Below are positions 52,706-64,000 of a DNA stretch of 64,000 nucleotides, one piece after another. The stretch's first letter is position 1. Each line of letters opens with the position of its first letter. The stretch lies in the NCBI GenBank assembly GCA_028534125.1, contig CM052818.1, positions 34,660,001 through 34,724,000 of the forward strand, read 5' to 3'. A program made the position numbers and the translations under genes. The notes beneath the pieces were generated by a model. That model was not told the origin of the DNA and did no database searches. It worked only from the letters and a program-made list of their open reading frames with translations. The DNA is from Lama glama (taxonomy: Eukaryota).

Positions 52706-52846
52706 GAATGCGGGAGGGGCAACATAGGGCTTGAGGGGGAAAAGGGTTATTATGGGATTATATGAAATTATGTGTGTGGAAGCTTTAAAAATGGTAAAGC
52801 ACTATAGAATTTAAAGAAGCTTTCAATAAATAAAGATTTTTTAATT
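52706..52846 (+). mobile_element. Short retroposed LINE-like 3' end, family uncertain
   Basis: TSD AAAAATAATTTG at 52694-52705 and 52847-52858; AATAAA and A/T tail. Confidence 0.7.
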
Positions 52847-53089
52847 AAAAATAATTTGAAATATAATCCATAAAAATTTTGAATCACTATGCTGTACACC
52901 TGAAATTAATACACTATTGTAAATCAAGTATACCCCAATTAAAAAATAAAAGAAAAAATTTGATACAGGATAAAATAGATATGTAAGCCAAAGTTTTCAG
53001 TCAAAAAGAAAAACAAATAGAAAATTAAAGAGATGAAGTAAAATCCCAGGCATGTTAAATTTGAGTTTCACAATCTAAAGAATATATAT

Positions 53090-54450
53090 TTTTCTTGTTC
53101 TGCCCACTGTTAGGGACTAGCAGCACATCTTGAACTCAGACTTGGTTTCTAAATGCCATTTACTAGTAAAGGAATTAGCTTTTTAAAAAATGACTGAGGC
53201 CAAGTCCAAGCGCCAGAAACACTCAAAGATGAGATCATATAAAAAACAGGAACAAGGGTATACATACACATTTGTCAAAACTCATCAAACAATCTACTTA
53301 AAAACCTGTGCATTTAATGTATGCAAATTATACTCAAAAAACAATATTATACTAAAAAACAAAAGGGACATAGGAGCCAACTTGAAGGAGCTCCCTATGG
53401 GATAATCTGAGCTTCAAAAAGAACAGTGACCAAGCTTGGCTATAACACAAATTCATATAAAAATCTGTAAGTCTACATCATTTAAAAGTTAAAAAAAAAA
53501 GGGAAAGTGGCTCTTTACAGAAAAATAACAACCAATAAATGTAAGAGAAATGAAAGAATTAGCAAAATCACAATTTTGAAATTTCTAATATAATAACTGA
53601 CCTAGGCAAAACTTATCAATGCTAACACCATTTGGTCAAAGGCTGTTGGAGAACAAGATGCTCACATGATGCTAAGATATCACTTTACAGATAATTTACT
53701 AATTGCAAAGGAAAAAACGTACCTTTATAATACAAAGATCTGGTGGTCTGACCCCCATGACTAGTGGTTGGATTTAGCATTACACACCATGTGCCTCTTG
53801 ACATGATGCAATACCCATGCAGTTTACTCATGAAGCATTCTTACTAAAAATATGTTTAACCTGAATCTAATCAAGCTCAGAGATCTAACTTCCAGTTTAC
53901 AGGAAATTCACAGAGGAAAGTTAAATATCACTACGAGGAAACATCCAGAATGTGGGACATTCCACAGGACAGCTGGCCTGGATTTTTCAAAAAGTCACTG
54001 TCATAGGTGGGTGGAAGGGAGAATGTCCTCAGTTAAAAGGACTAAAGAGACATATCCATTTGTAATATGAAACTTGAGTGGATCCTGGTTTGGGGGGAAA
54101 AAACTATTACAAGAAAAGACATTTTTGAAATAAGTAAGGGGGTTTTGACTATGCACTGGATATTAGAAGTTACAGAATCAAAGTTATCTTAGCTATGGTA
54201 ATGGTATTGTGGATAGCAGAGAACATCTTCACTCTTAAGAGTATTTAGGTATTAGCTGAAGTATTTAGGGCTGAAGATCAAGATGCCTGAAACTTACCAT
54301 CAAATGCTTCAAACCACATAGATATAGAAAATACAGCAAAATAATAACAATTATTAAACCTAGGTGAGGGGTAATTAGGTGTTCACTGTATTACTCTTTC
54401 AATTTTATTGTATATTTGACATTTTTAAAAACAAAAAGTTGAGGAAAAAT
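53090..54450 (+). mobile_element. Old L1 (L1MC/ME-type) 3' remnants
   Basis: Diverged L1M 3' UTR motifs (ttaacctgaatctaatc, gtgttcactgtattactctttcaattttattg). Confidence 0.6.
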
Positions 54451-55244
54451 TTGCAAATCTCCAGCATGGGACCATAATCAGAAATAGCACCATTATTAGA
54501 AATAGGAAAATAAGCTGATTTCAGGGAGAAGATAATTTTTATTTTTTACATGCAGAGCTTGAGGAGCCTAAGAAAAGAGGTCAAATTTAGAGATCTGGGA
54601 GTCCTCTACATAAAAAATAAAGATTAAGTAGGTGAGGTTTTTAAGGAAAAGCATGCATACAGAGAAATGCAAAGCTTAGGACTGAAACTTGCAAAATATC
54701 TTGATAAAAGAGAAAGAGATCCAGTTTCTTAAAAAGTAGAGAAGAATTAGTTAGCAGATGAAAGAAAAATCATAAAGGCATAACATTAAGAAGTCAAAGG
54801 AAGACAGTTTCAAGTACAGCTGACAGTGTCAAATGCTACAGAAGACAAAGACACTGAGGCCTGAGACAAAATTGGTGCATCTCATGATCACAGACTCATT
54901 ATTAACAGAAGCTTGCAAAGTATAGTTACTCTAGGGCAATGGAAATGGAAGCAGTTAATATGGGATTAAGGAGAAAAAATGGATAGGACAAACAGAACAA
55001 GATGAGAATTTTCCAAACTAGGAAAGACCTGTGGCCGGTCGAAGGCACAAAGGCAAAGCATCAATGGAAAATGAATAATGCCCTACATGTTGACTCTCAT
55101 CAAATTATTCTTCCATCTCAATCTCATGTAACTAGATTTAATTTTATATTTTCATTTGGTTTGCACATGAATCTTCAGGCCTCATGCTAGGCTTCTTTCC
55201 AGATAAAGACATTGCATCTCCCCCAGCCGTCTCTCCACCCCTAC

Positions 55245-55345
55245 TTCTACCAGAAACACTAAAATCTGAGGACCCTCACGTCCCTTAAATAAAACAGCAT
55301 AGTACAGCTGGTCCTCTGTATCCACAGGTTCTGCATCTGCATTTG
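55245..55345. mobile_element. MER2-like Tigger fragment
   Basis: aaaatctgagga..gtcccttaaataaaacagcatagtacagctggtcctctgtatccacaggttctgcatc. Confidence 0.55.
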
Positions 55346-55722
55346 CGTAATTTGTTCGGCTATCCTTGTACAGTAATAAAGTTCCTAAGATGATCATCAA
55401 ACATATGTATTGTATGATCAATCTAGTCCTACATTGTTTATAATGTGCAGCTAAGCTTCAGTACTCATTAAAGAATACCAAGAGATTATCAAGCCTGCAA
55501 AATAAAGGTCGCTGACATTCACCAGCTGCTTGAATTTGTATAGCATGTATAGCTAAAATGAATAAATGAATCTTGTAAAATCTAGTGTTTTTTTTTCTTA
55601 CCACATAAAAGATAACATATCTTAGATATGGAAATTCTACTAAGCATGCTTCTTCAAGTGTAAAAACTGGAGAAAAGTACTTTTAATGAAATAAGAACTA
55701 AAATGAAACTCTATTTACTTAC

Positions 55723-55767
55723 AAAAGTGCTGCTCTAGCCAAATCATGTGGCATCAGGTCTTTATAT
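55723..55767 (-). CDS. HADHB: HADHB exon 5
   Basis: YKDLMPHDLARAAL; 45 nt; ccccag| acceptor, |GTAAGT donor. Confidence 0.95.
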
Positions 55768-56149
55768 CTGGGGAAAGAAAATATATAATTTAAATAAAAA
55801 GCCTAGAGTTTTAATAAAAAATGTTTTTCATTCTGTTTGAAATACCTAAAGAAATCATTTACTACTGCAAATGCACTTTACTACCTAAGGCAGTTCATCA
55901 CTCCAAATAAAGAAATAGTGACTTTGCTATCTGTCACATCCTTAAAAATCTGACAAGCTTTGACTCTTACTGAGCTGGCTAAGAATCTAACAAATCTTGC
56001 CACTATCTTATTGCTCAGCATGACATATGTTAAATATTCTTTAAAACTAAACCCCATCTTTTAAGTCCACCTTTATTTAAAAAAAAATTCATTATTTATT
56101 TTGTGATGTCTAAAGGGACACTAGGGATATATATATAAGAACTTCTTAA

Positions 56150-57310
56150 GAGAATTTTGTTTTGAAGTAACTTGAGGTTTACAAAAGAATTGGAAAGACA
56201 GAAATGAGTTCCTGTATACCTTTACCCTGCTTAGTCTAACGCTAATACCTTATATAACCATGATGTACTTGTCAAAACTAAGAAATTAATACTGGCATTA
56301 TTCCCTAAGCTACTAACTTTATCTGGATCTCATCAGTTTTTGCACTAATCCTTTTTATTGGTCTGTTCCAGGATCCAATTCATGTATGTAGTTGTCATGC
56401 CTCATACATCTCCTCTATCTGTGATAGTTTCTTAGTCTTTCCTTGTCATTCTTGACCTTGACACTTGGAAGACTAGGGTTATTGATTGGGGTAGGGCGAG
56501 TATTACAGACATAAAGTGCCCTTCCCATTGTTTCTTAAGAGTGTACATGGTAACAACATGACTTATTACTAGTGATGTTAACTTAATCACCTGGTTAAAG
56601 TAGTGTCTGCCAATTTTCTCTACTATTTTTCCCTTTCTAAACTCAGTCTGTTAAGTGAGTCACTACTCTGGCCCTTACTCAAGGGGAGAAGAATTACTCT
56701 CCACTTCCCAGTGGAAAAAGTAACAAAGAATTTGTGGACACATGCTAAAATCATCAAAGTAATTAACAAATATTTGAGGGGAGAGAGTCTGAGGCTATGG
56801 AAATATCTTGTTTCTTAACATTTCTCACCCCCTAACTTTAGCATTCATTTAGCAGTCACCAACTAACTTCATAGCATTCTATAGATCCTGGTTGCAGTCC
56901 TTATTCCTGTGAGTTCTAATGGTGATTTATTTATTTTCCTCATTCCTTCTGTATTTATTGATTGAAATTCTTCTGTAAAAAAGATTTGTCTTTTCTCTCT
57001 CATTTATTTCTTTATTCAATCATTTATTTATATCACATTGGACTCATAGATATTTAATTTATTCTTTGGGTTATGATGTAACACTATTACATTTATTTTA
57101 TTGATCAAACTGTCCCAGTTTCAGTTATCTGAAGCTATTTCAGATTGGTCCTGTGTCCTTTTGACATTTCCCTTTTTTTTCTTTTAAGTACTTCTTTACT
57201 TGCTGGTACTACAAAATGCTCCAGGTTCATCCTGTATTTTCTCTGGCCCAGCCCTAGTCATTCTTCTAGAAAGCCTGGTTCCCTCTAAGAAAGAATGAGT
57301 ATTTAGAAAG
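56150..57310 (-). mobile_element. Old L1 (L1MC-type) 3' remnant
   Basis: Diverged antisense L1MC 3' UTR motifs. Confidence 0.65.
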
Positions 57311-58491
57311 ATCTGGATGTGAACTCTGTTTGTTTGTTTAAATGTAAAAAAATAAATTCCTTTTAAGTCAAAGATTTAACCATTGGGTTAAATAAGAATA
57401 TTCATTCTTTAAATTTCTGAAAATTAAAACCTAAAAAGCCAAAAATATTTTTACTTTACTCTGACTCACAAAAGAACCATCAACAGTTCTCAAAATCTTT
57501 CATAGGTAAAATGAGTTCCCTCAAACTTAGAGCAGAATTATTTGAAGAAAAGTTGTGTGTCAATTTTAAAATGTATAAACCATAAATTATTTACCATTTT
57601 ACAATCTTTATTCTCATGCTCCGATACCTCTTTCTGCCAGGATGACTGACAGACTCCCAAATTCTAGTGCTGGAGTTTATTTCTAGGAGTGCTTCCAAAA
57701 TACCTTCTACCTCTAAGTTAAGAACCTGGTCTTTCAAATGTCACTCAATTGAAAGCAAAGCTTCTTCAAATTAAATAGAAAAAGTTTTTTTTCCACCTAG
57801 AAAATGATCTTCTTTTATAGAAGACTCATTTGTCATCTCGGTCATAACACTAATAACATGACTAAACAGTTTGTCTTCTTTAGAGTTTTCCCTCTATATT
57901 AGTTTTAGTCACTTTGTTCTTTAACTGAAGACTGCCTTAACATTTTTATTCTTTCTTCTCTATTAACCATAATGTCTTATATTTTTGAAAGTCCTTCTCT
58001 TCCTTATACCACTAAATTGCTCATGAACTTTGGCTTCTTTCTCAATTAGGATCTTAAATTAAACTAAAACACAACAATAAAAAAACAACAAAAGGAATAA
58101 ATAGGCTCACATCCTCAGTAATCAAACTTCTGAAGAGGCAAAGAAACAATGTACTTATTTCCAGACAAGGAAAGAATATCTCTGTTGGAAACAAGCTATC
58201 TGGTCCCACACTAGCTTTTCAAAATAGGGCTGGTTCAATCCAGCATTATACTAGGCTTGCTTATGAGAAAGGATAAAAAACAAATTTTGCCATATTATTT
58301 CACCACTGGCTTGACTTTTTCTGTATCAATTTTATGAAAATGTTATTCATATACTAGTCTACTATCAACAGTATTCCTACAGGGTTATAGTCATGAAGAT
58401 CACTTTTGAAAGTGCCTTAAGACAAGGAATAAATAAACCACATGGGGTGATGGATGTGTTAGTTAATTAACTTGATTGTGGTAAGCATTTC

Positions 58492-58493
<2 letters not shown>

Positions 58494-58522
<29 letters not shown>
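58494..58522 (+). repeat. (TG)n microsatellite inside a short L1 3' remnant
   Basis: Perfect TG repeat, ~130 bp from the HADHB exon 4 donor. Confidence 0.95.
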
Positions 58523-58526
<4 letters not shown>

Positions 58527-58652
58527 CCATCACACTGTATACCTTAAAAAAAATCACTGCACCTAAATATACAGATTTTATTTGTTTATACCTCAGTAAA
58601 GCTGGGGGAAAAAAAGAAGAAATGACAAGTAGCGCAGTCATTTCATACTTAC

Positions 58653-58752
58653 GAAGTGCCTGACAGCAAAAATGGAGTGCGAACACCATCCACCACCACA
58701 ATATTCCTTACGCTGGGTTTGGCCAAGGTTTTCTTTGATTTGGTCTGGACAT
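58653..58752 (-). CDS. HADHB: HADHB exon 4 (exons 1-3 lie right of the window)
   Basis: [32 protein letters not shown](S); 100 nt. Confidence 0.96.
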
Positions 58753-61700
58753 CTTTAAGATAAAGTTCAAACAATAATTAATTAAAATAAATGAAGTCAG
58801 ATGACTTTTTACATTTTTAAAGACAGACATTCTAAGAAGAATTTTTATCATTCAATGCCAAGTTGCATTTGCCACTTAACAAGCCAATTCAACTAAAAAA
58901 AAAAAAAACTAAGAAATTAACTGGCATTTATAAGTTTCCAAATAATAGTTAAGGTAAATACTGAGATTATACCTAATAATGAGGTTATTTATGCTATTAA
59001 CAAATTGTTTCTTTTTATCAAGTGCTTGACAATCTATCGCATTGAAAGCAACCAATAATTCTGCCCTCAAAATTAGAAGCTGCAATAACTGATACTGTTT
59101 ACTGTCCACACAGCTTAATATTCTTGTCTTTCTATGTAGAAACAACAACTGTTTGGTTGGTGACTATTGCCACTCTGGAAAAACCTAGAATGCTTCCTGA
59201 TTCCATCTGACTCAATTTGTCTCATTATTTTCTAACATCAAAAAAGCAATCTTTCTATAATTTTTTAGTTTAAAAAAATGGGCATATATGCTGGTGGTTC
59301 AAAAAAAGAGAAAAATGAACAATACTAAAATACGGATAGTAAAACTAAAGTTCCCTCTTTATGCCCTCTCCTGCCATATAACTTCCTTCCCAGAGGTAAA
59401 TACTGCTAATTTGGTGCATATACTTTCTTTTGATGCATCTACATGCACACACTTGTGTATTATGTTTACTTTTCTAACTAAATGATATAGCTTGAAGACC
59501 TCTCTGTGTTTGTGTATCTAGAAATATCTTATTCTTTTCTTATTGTTGTTAGTGTTGAAATTCATCTGTTATCATCACTCTTCATTTCCAGAGATAGAGA
59601 AAAATCCTAAAGTATAAGGAGTAAAATTTTAACAATCACCTTACCAGACCCACATATGCCATAGAGAATTATTTATGACAAACATCTACAACCAACTTCA
59701 AGGAAACAGTAATCAAAGCTAAGAGTCATGATAAAGTAGGGTACAAAGATTCTCCTGGCAGGTGTAATAAATTGGTGAAGGAGATAAAGGCACAGGGAGA
59801 TTAGCGAGGAGACTGGCAAAACCAAGCCTGTGATGCTAAAGGCCAAGATAAAGGCAGTATCAATGAAAATGGAAAGGAAGTGACCAATACAAGAGATTTT
59901 ATAAAGACTATGTATCTTGGTGACCAATCAGATATGGAAAGTAAGGAAAAGAGGATTATGAAGGAAGCTTAGAGACTAAGGAAACCTAGCTACTCTACAC
60001 TACAGAAGTATTCTGTACTGTAGCAGTATAGTACAGAATTGGTTTTGGAAGAAAAATAATGTCAATTTGAAACGTGCAAACTTTGAGGTGATGGAGAGAT
60101 ACCCAGGTCGATCTGTCTATTTGACATATAGCTAGAAAATGTGAAATTAAAGCTCTTAAGAGAAATGAGGTGTAGCTGGGAGAACCAGGAGATATACTCA
60201 GAATACAGAAGAAAAGCAGAGGCCTATTTTGCAGTGTCTGTTCACCCACAGCCCCCTCTAAAGGGAGCTGCCCTTTAGCCATACCCCTAAGCTCACCTAA
60301 GACATCCCACCTAAGACACCATGTCCCTAAGTCCAGAGCCAACGCTGATTAGATTCAGGGTGGGTACCAGACCACCAAAAATCAATCCATAGAGCGGCCA
60401 ACCAGTAACCCATGTCATCTACCTACAAGTGATGAGCTGTGCCAGTTAGATTCTCTCTCTTAGGAATCTAAGCAGAGCATGGAGAGAAATACCAATTAGT
60501 TGAAGCTGAAAGGATGCCATCAGGAAGAATCAGGTTGATGGGAAACTGAAGTCATCTGTAAGTCAGAGTTATGGGGCAGCAAAAACTCTGAGTCAGCAAA
60601 GAAGTCAGCAAGAAGAGTGAAGGGGAATATAAAAGGAGAAATAGAAAGAGCAGAAAAGTGACACCCCACGTGGCCATTCATGAGACAAAGTAGCTGCCTC
60701 TTGAGCTGCTTGGTTCCTAATGTCTCCCCAGCTGTACTATTTGAGGCCTCTTATCCTTAACTTGAGCGGGTTTCTTACACCAAAAGACTCCTGGCTTTGC
60801 TATCTCCCCACATTTAGAGGGCAGAGGGAAGATGTGGGACAGAAGGTAAACGGGAGAGGCAGTAGGACAATCGAGAGCATGAGAGCAAAGGCAAGAGAGT
60901 ATCAAGGAGCAGGTGATAGTCAAACATTTCAACATTCAAGGAGAATGAGGACTGAAAAAAGGCCACTAAGTTTGAAGATTACTTGTGACAGACCTTGGAG
61001 AAAATAAAGTGATGAAAGGAAAAGTCAGATGACATGACATCATGTCATTCCACTTTTTAAGAAATGACTACACATTCCTTTTGTACACTTACAGATAAAA
61101 TTCAAATTCCTAACTCTTCTAACAAAGCCCCTGCTTTACCTGGTTCCACTTTAATGATCCCCAAGTATTTCCCACTACCTCTCAACATGGAGCAGGATGA
61201 GCAAGCCCCCAGCCTTTCACAGCCTTGCTCATTTCACCCCGTTTCCCTTCATTCACGTACCCTCCCATGTGAGTGGCTCCTTCTGTCTAATTCTTACCTA
61301 CCCCTCAAGGCCTAGTTCACATTCCATCTCCTAGTAGTCTTCTCTGATAACCTGGGTTACTTGTAGTTCCTGCTTCTGAACTTCTATGGCAACCTCTGGT
61401 GCAAAAATTGGCTATTCCAAATAGTTTAGCATATTATAAAGTAATTAAATTAATGCTACAAGCCACATTTAAAATAATATTCATTATGAACAGTCACCCA
61501 AAGGACTCTCATTCTGTTTCATATGCACACTGGCTCCTAACCACATCAGAATTTTTTCAAAGGCTCTTTTTTATATATTTCACAGTGCTATGGGCACTCA
61601 TTAGCAATGTATGATAAGAAGCTGAACTGGGGCTTAAAATATCTGAGTCCTAGCCCCTGATCTGCCAAAAATTTCTCATTTACAAACATGGGAGTTGGAC

Positions 61701-61867
61701 TCGATGGTCTTAAAGGCTCCTCCCAACAACAAAGCTAGGATTCTTAGGCTGATACACATTCTGTATTTCACACATACAACTAAAACCAAAGCAGATAAAA
61801 GACATGCCATGTATTATACCAATGCTATACACATATATATGTGTGTGGATATAGATATATAGATATA

Positions 61868-62388
61868 CAGATGGTCCCCAACTTTTCATGGTTCAACATG
61901 AATTTTTAACTTTAGGATGGTGCAAAAGCAATACTAATTCAGTAGAAAGCATACCTTGAATTCTGAATTTTTGTTTTTTCCCTAGGCTAGCGATGTGTGA
62001 TATGACACTCTCTTGTGATGCTGGGCAGCAGCAAGGCACAGCTCCCAGGCAGCCACACCATCACGAGGGTGCGATACACTCACAACCACTCACAACCACA
62101 ATACACTCACTACCATCCTGTACCTATACAACCATTCTGTTTTTCACTTTCAGTATAATACTCAACAAACTACATAATATTCAATACTTTATTATAAAAT
62201 AGGCCTTGTGTTGGATGATTTTGCCCAACTGTAGGCTAATGTAACTGTTCTGAGCATGTTTAAGGTAGGCTAGGCTAAGCTATGATGGTCAGTAGACTAG
62301 GTGTATAAATGCATTTTCAACTTACAAGATTTTCAACTTATGATGGGTTTATCAGGATGTAACTCTATCATAAGCCAAGGAAGATCTG
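61868..62388. mobile_element. MER6-like Tigger non-autonomous DNA transposon
   Basis: TA flanks; imperfect terminal inverted repeats CAGATGGTCCCCAACTT / (rc) CAGATCTTCCTTGGCTT. Confidence 0.8.
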
Positions 62389-64000
62389 TATAGCATATCT
62401 AGATATAATCAATGAATAAGTCAAAATTTCCATCAAACACTTAAATTTCCAGTCAACCTGATCAATAAAACCTGTATCCCTCTATTCTAATTCCTTCATC
62501 CCAACAGAGCTGTCAAGCAGGAAAAGTCACATTAACTTCAAGAGAAATTAGCTATAAAATTATTGCAACATAAAACTTGTTCGATGTGCCTCCTCCCTTC
62601 CCACAAATCAGTTGGTCATACTCCTTTGTCTCATCATGTGCTTCCAGCACCATCGTCACTGCATTGCATCACCATCAGTGTTACCACAAATCACCTGTAG
62701 TGTGACACACTGGAGACATGAAAAGGCGTAAGTCTCACAAGGGCTTAGACTTGGGGAGACAGAAACAAAAAACAGTTAAAGAGCGATATAAAGAATACTC
62801 TAAATACTCTGTTGGTATTCACTGTGACTGTCTCCCAGTTGGCAAGAGTTAGATCTATGCGTACGCAAAGCAAGGGCCTGGGTGAACATTAGAATTAAGG
62901 CAAAGGTGAAACGAGATAGAAAAGAATTATTCTTTGTGAGGCTAGTACAAATCTATATTCTAGTTAGAATTCAGAGGCCACAGAAAATATATTTATTATA
63001 CAACAACACGAAATTTCTCTAGGTGGGATTAGGCAACAGACCCCTGAAAAAAACACTATATGAAAAACAATATAAAAACATAATCGTTATTGAGTTTACA
63101 GTTTTCAAAGTGCTTTGAGATATCTTCACAACTACTTGAGGTTAACAAGACTAAAATGATTACTCTTTTTTAGACAAAGAAACTAAAGCACAGGGAAGTA
63201 AAGTGATCAGTTCAAGGCCATACTGCTCCAAAAGAGGTAGAACTGGAACAGAGCAGAGGTCTTCTGAATCCTGGTAAGATGCTTTTTCTATTAAGTTATT
63301 ATCCAACTAGAAATACCATAATAAAACCAAAAACTTAAGTCATAGGTTAATACAGGACCCAAGCAAGGAGAAGGTATGAACTCATCAGGGTGCTTTTAGC
63401 ACTGGCTGGTGAAGATACAGACCTACAGCAGATTCTGCAAAAGTGTGTATTCAACACTGAAGATTTGCCAAGGGTCTGAAAGACCATATAAAAATCAACA
63501 ACTTTCCTTACTTTTTCATTTCATATTGACTAAACAATATTCTTTTATTAACCAGTTCCACAGTTACCCCTATTTCAGGTATGGGTCCCCTTGCACGTGG
63601 GATAAGAAGATATTAATAGAGAATTCTGTCACTGAAAGTTTAAAAAGTTAACTTTTGGCTCCATAATAGTTTCCTGGGTGTTTGTAAGCTGATCATCTCC
63701 AGGACCAACAGCCAGAAGCTGAGTAAACTGACCTGCAAGATTCACGGAACCTCTGTGACTCCATCAGGATCCACATCCTAGAAAGTAGCCTCTTGCCAGC
63801 ATCCTCGGGTACAACCCTACATCAAGTACTATCATCGACTGGTCAATCCAATGTTGTTTTAATTTGAAGGTAACAGTGATGTTCATATTGCTCATAAAAA
63901 GGGGAGAGCTGGCAAATTAGTTTTGGCTTTTTCTCAAAATTCACAAACCTAGATTCTAGAATCTAACAAATCAAAAATGTTTCTTTTACAAATGATTGTA

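Noticed and set aside
63240..63265. Short resemblance to HADHB exon 3 (ggaacag..agaggtctt)
   Set aside because: Lies in a MIR-like repeat; no splice sites or matching translation. Exon 3 is outside the window.

Overview
Mammalian genomic DNA. The tRNA-derived SINE type suggests a camelid (inferred from recalled SINE consensus). The window is the SELENOI-ADGRF3-HADHB locus. It holds SELENOI (EPT1) coding exon 1 and its CpG-island promoter (minus strand, ~3.5 kb), a reconstructable ADGRF3/GPR113 adhesion GPCR (plus strand, 13 coding exons 24013-32638, 974 aa), and HADHB exons 4-16 (minus strand, 58752-38810) with an intact reading frame. The rest is L1/L2/MIR/LTR/DNA-transposon/SINE sequence. 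The most notable unexplained signal is three or four coding-like islands on the minus strand between ADGRF3 and SELENOI (~22.5, ~20.7, ~12.7, ~6.6 kb). Their frameshifted translations line up in order with the C-terminal coiled coil of ODF2/cenexin as I recall it, suggesting a fossil ODF2-family gene. Other oddities: the SELENOI and upstream ADGRF3-type start codons interlock in one CATG palindrome, ADGRF3 exon 6 needs a GC donor, ADGRF3 has a premature-looking stop in its tail exon, and an octamer site lies just before the ADGRF3 ATG. All comparisons with human proteins and repeat families are from memory; no searches were run.
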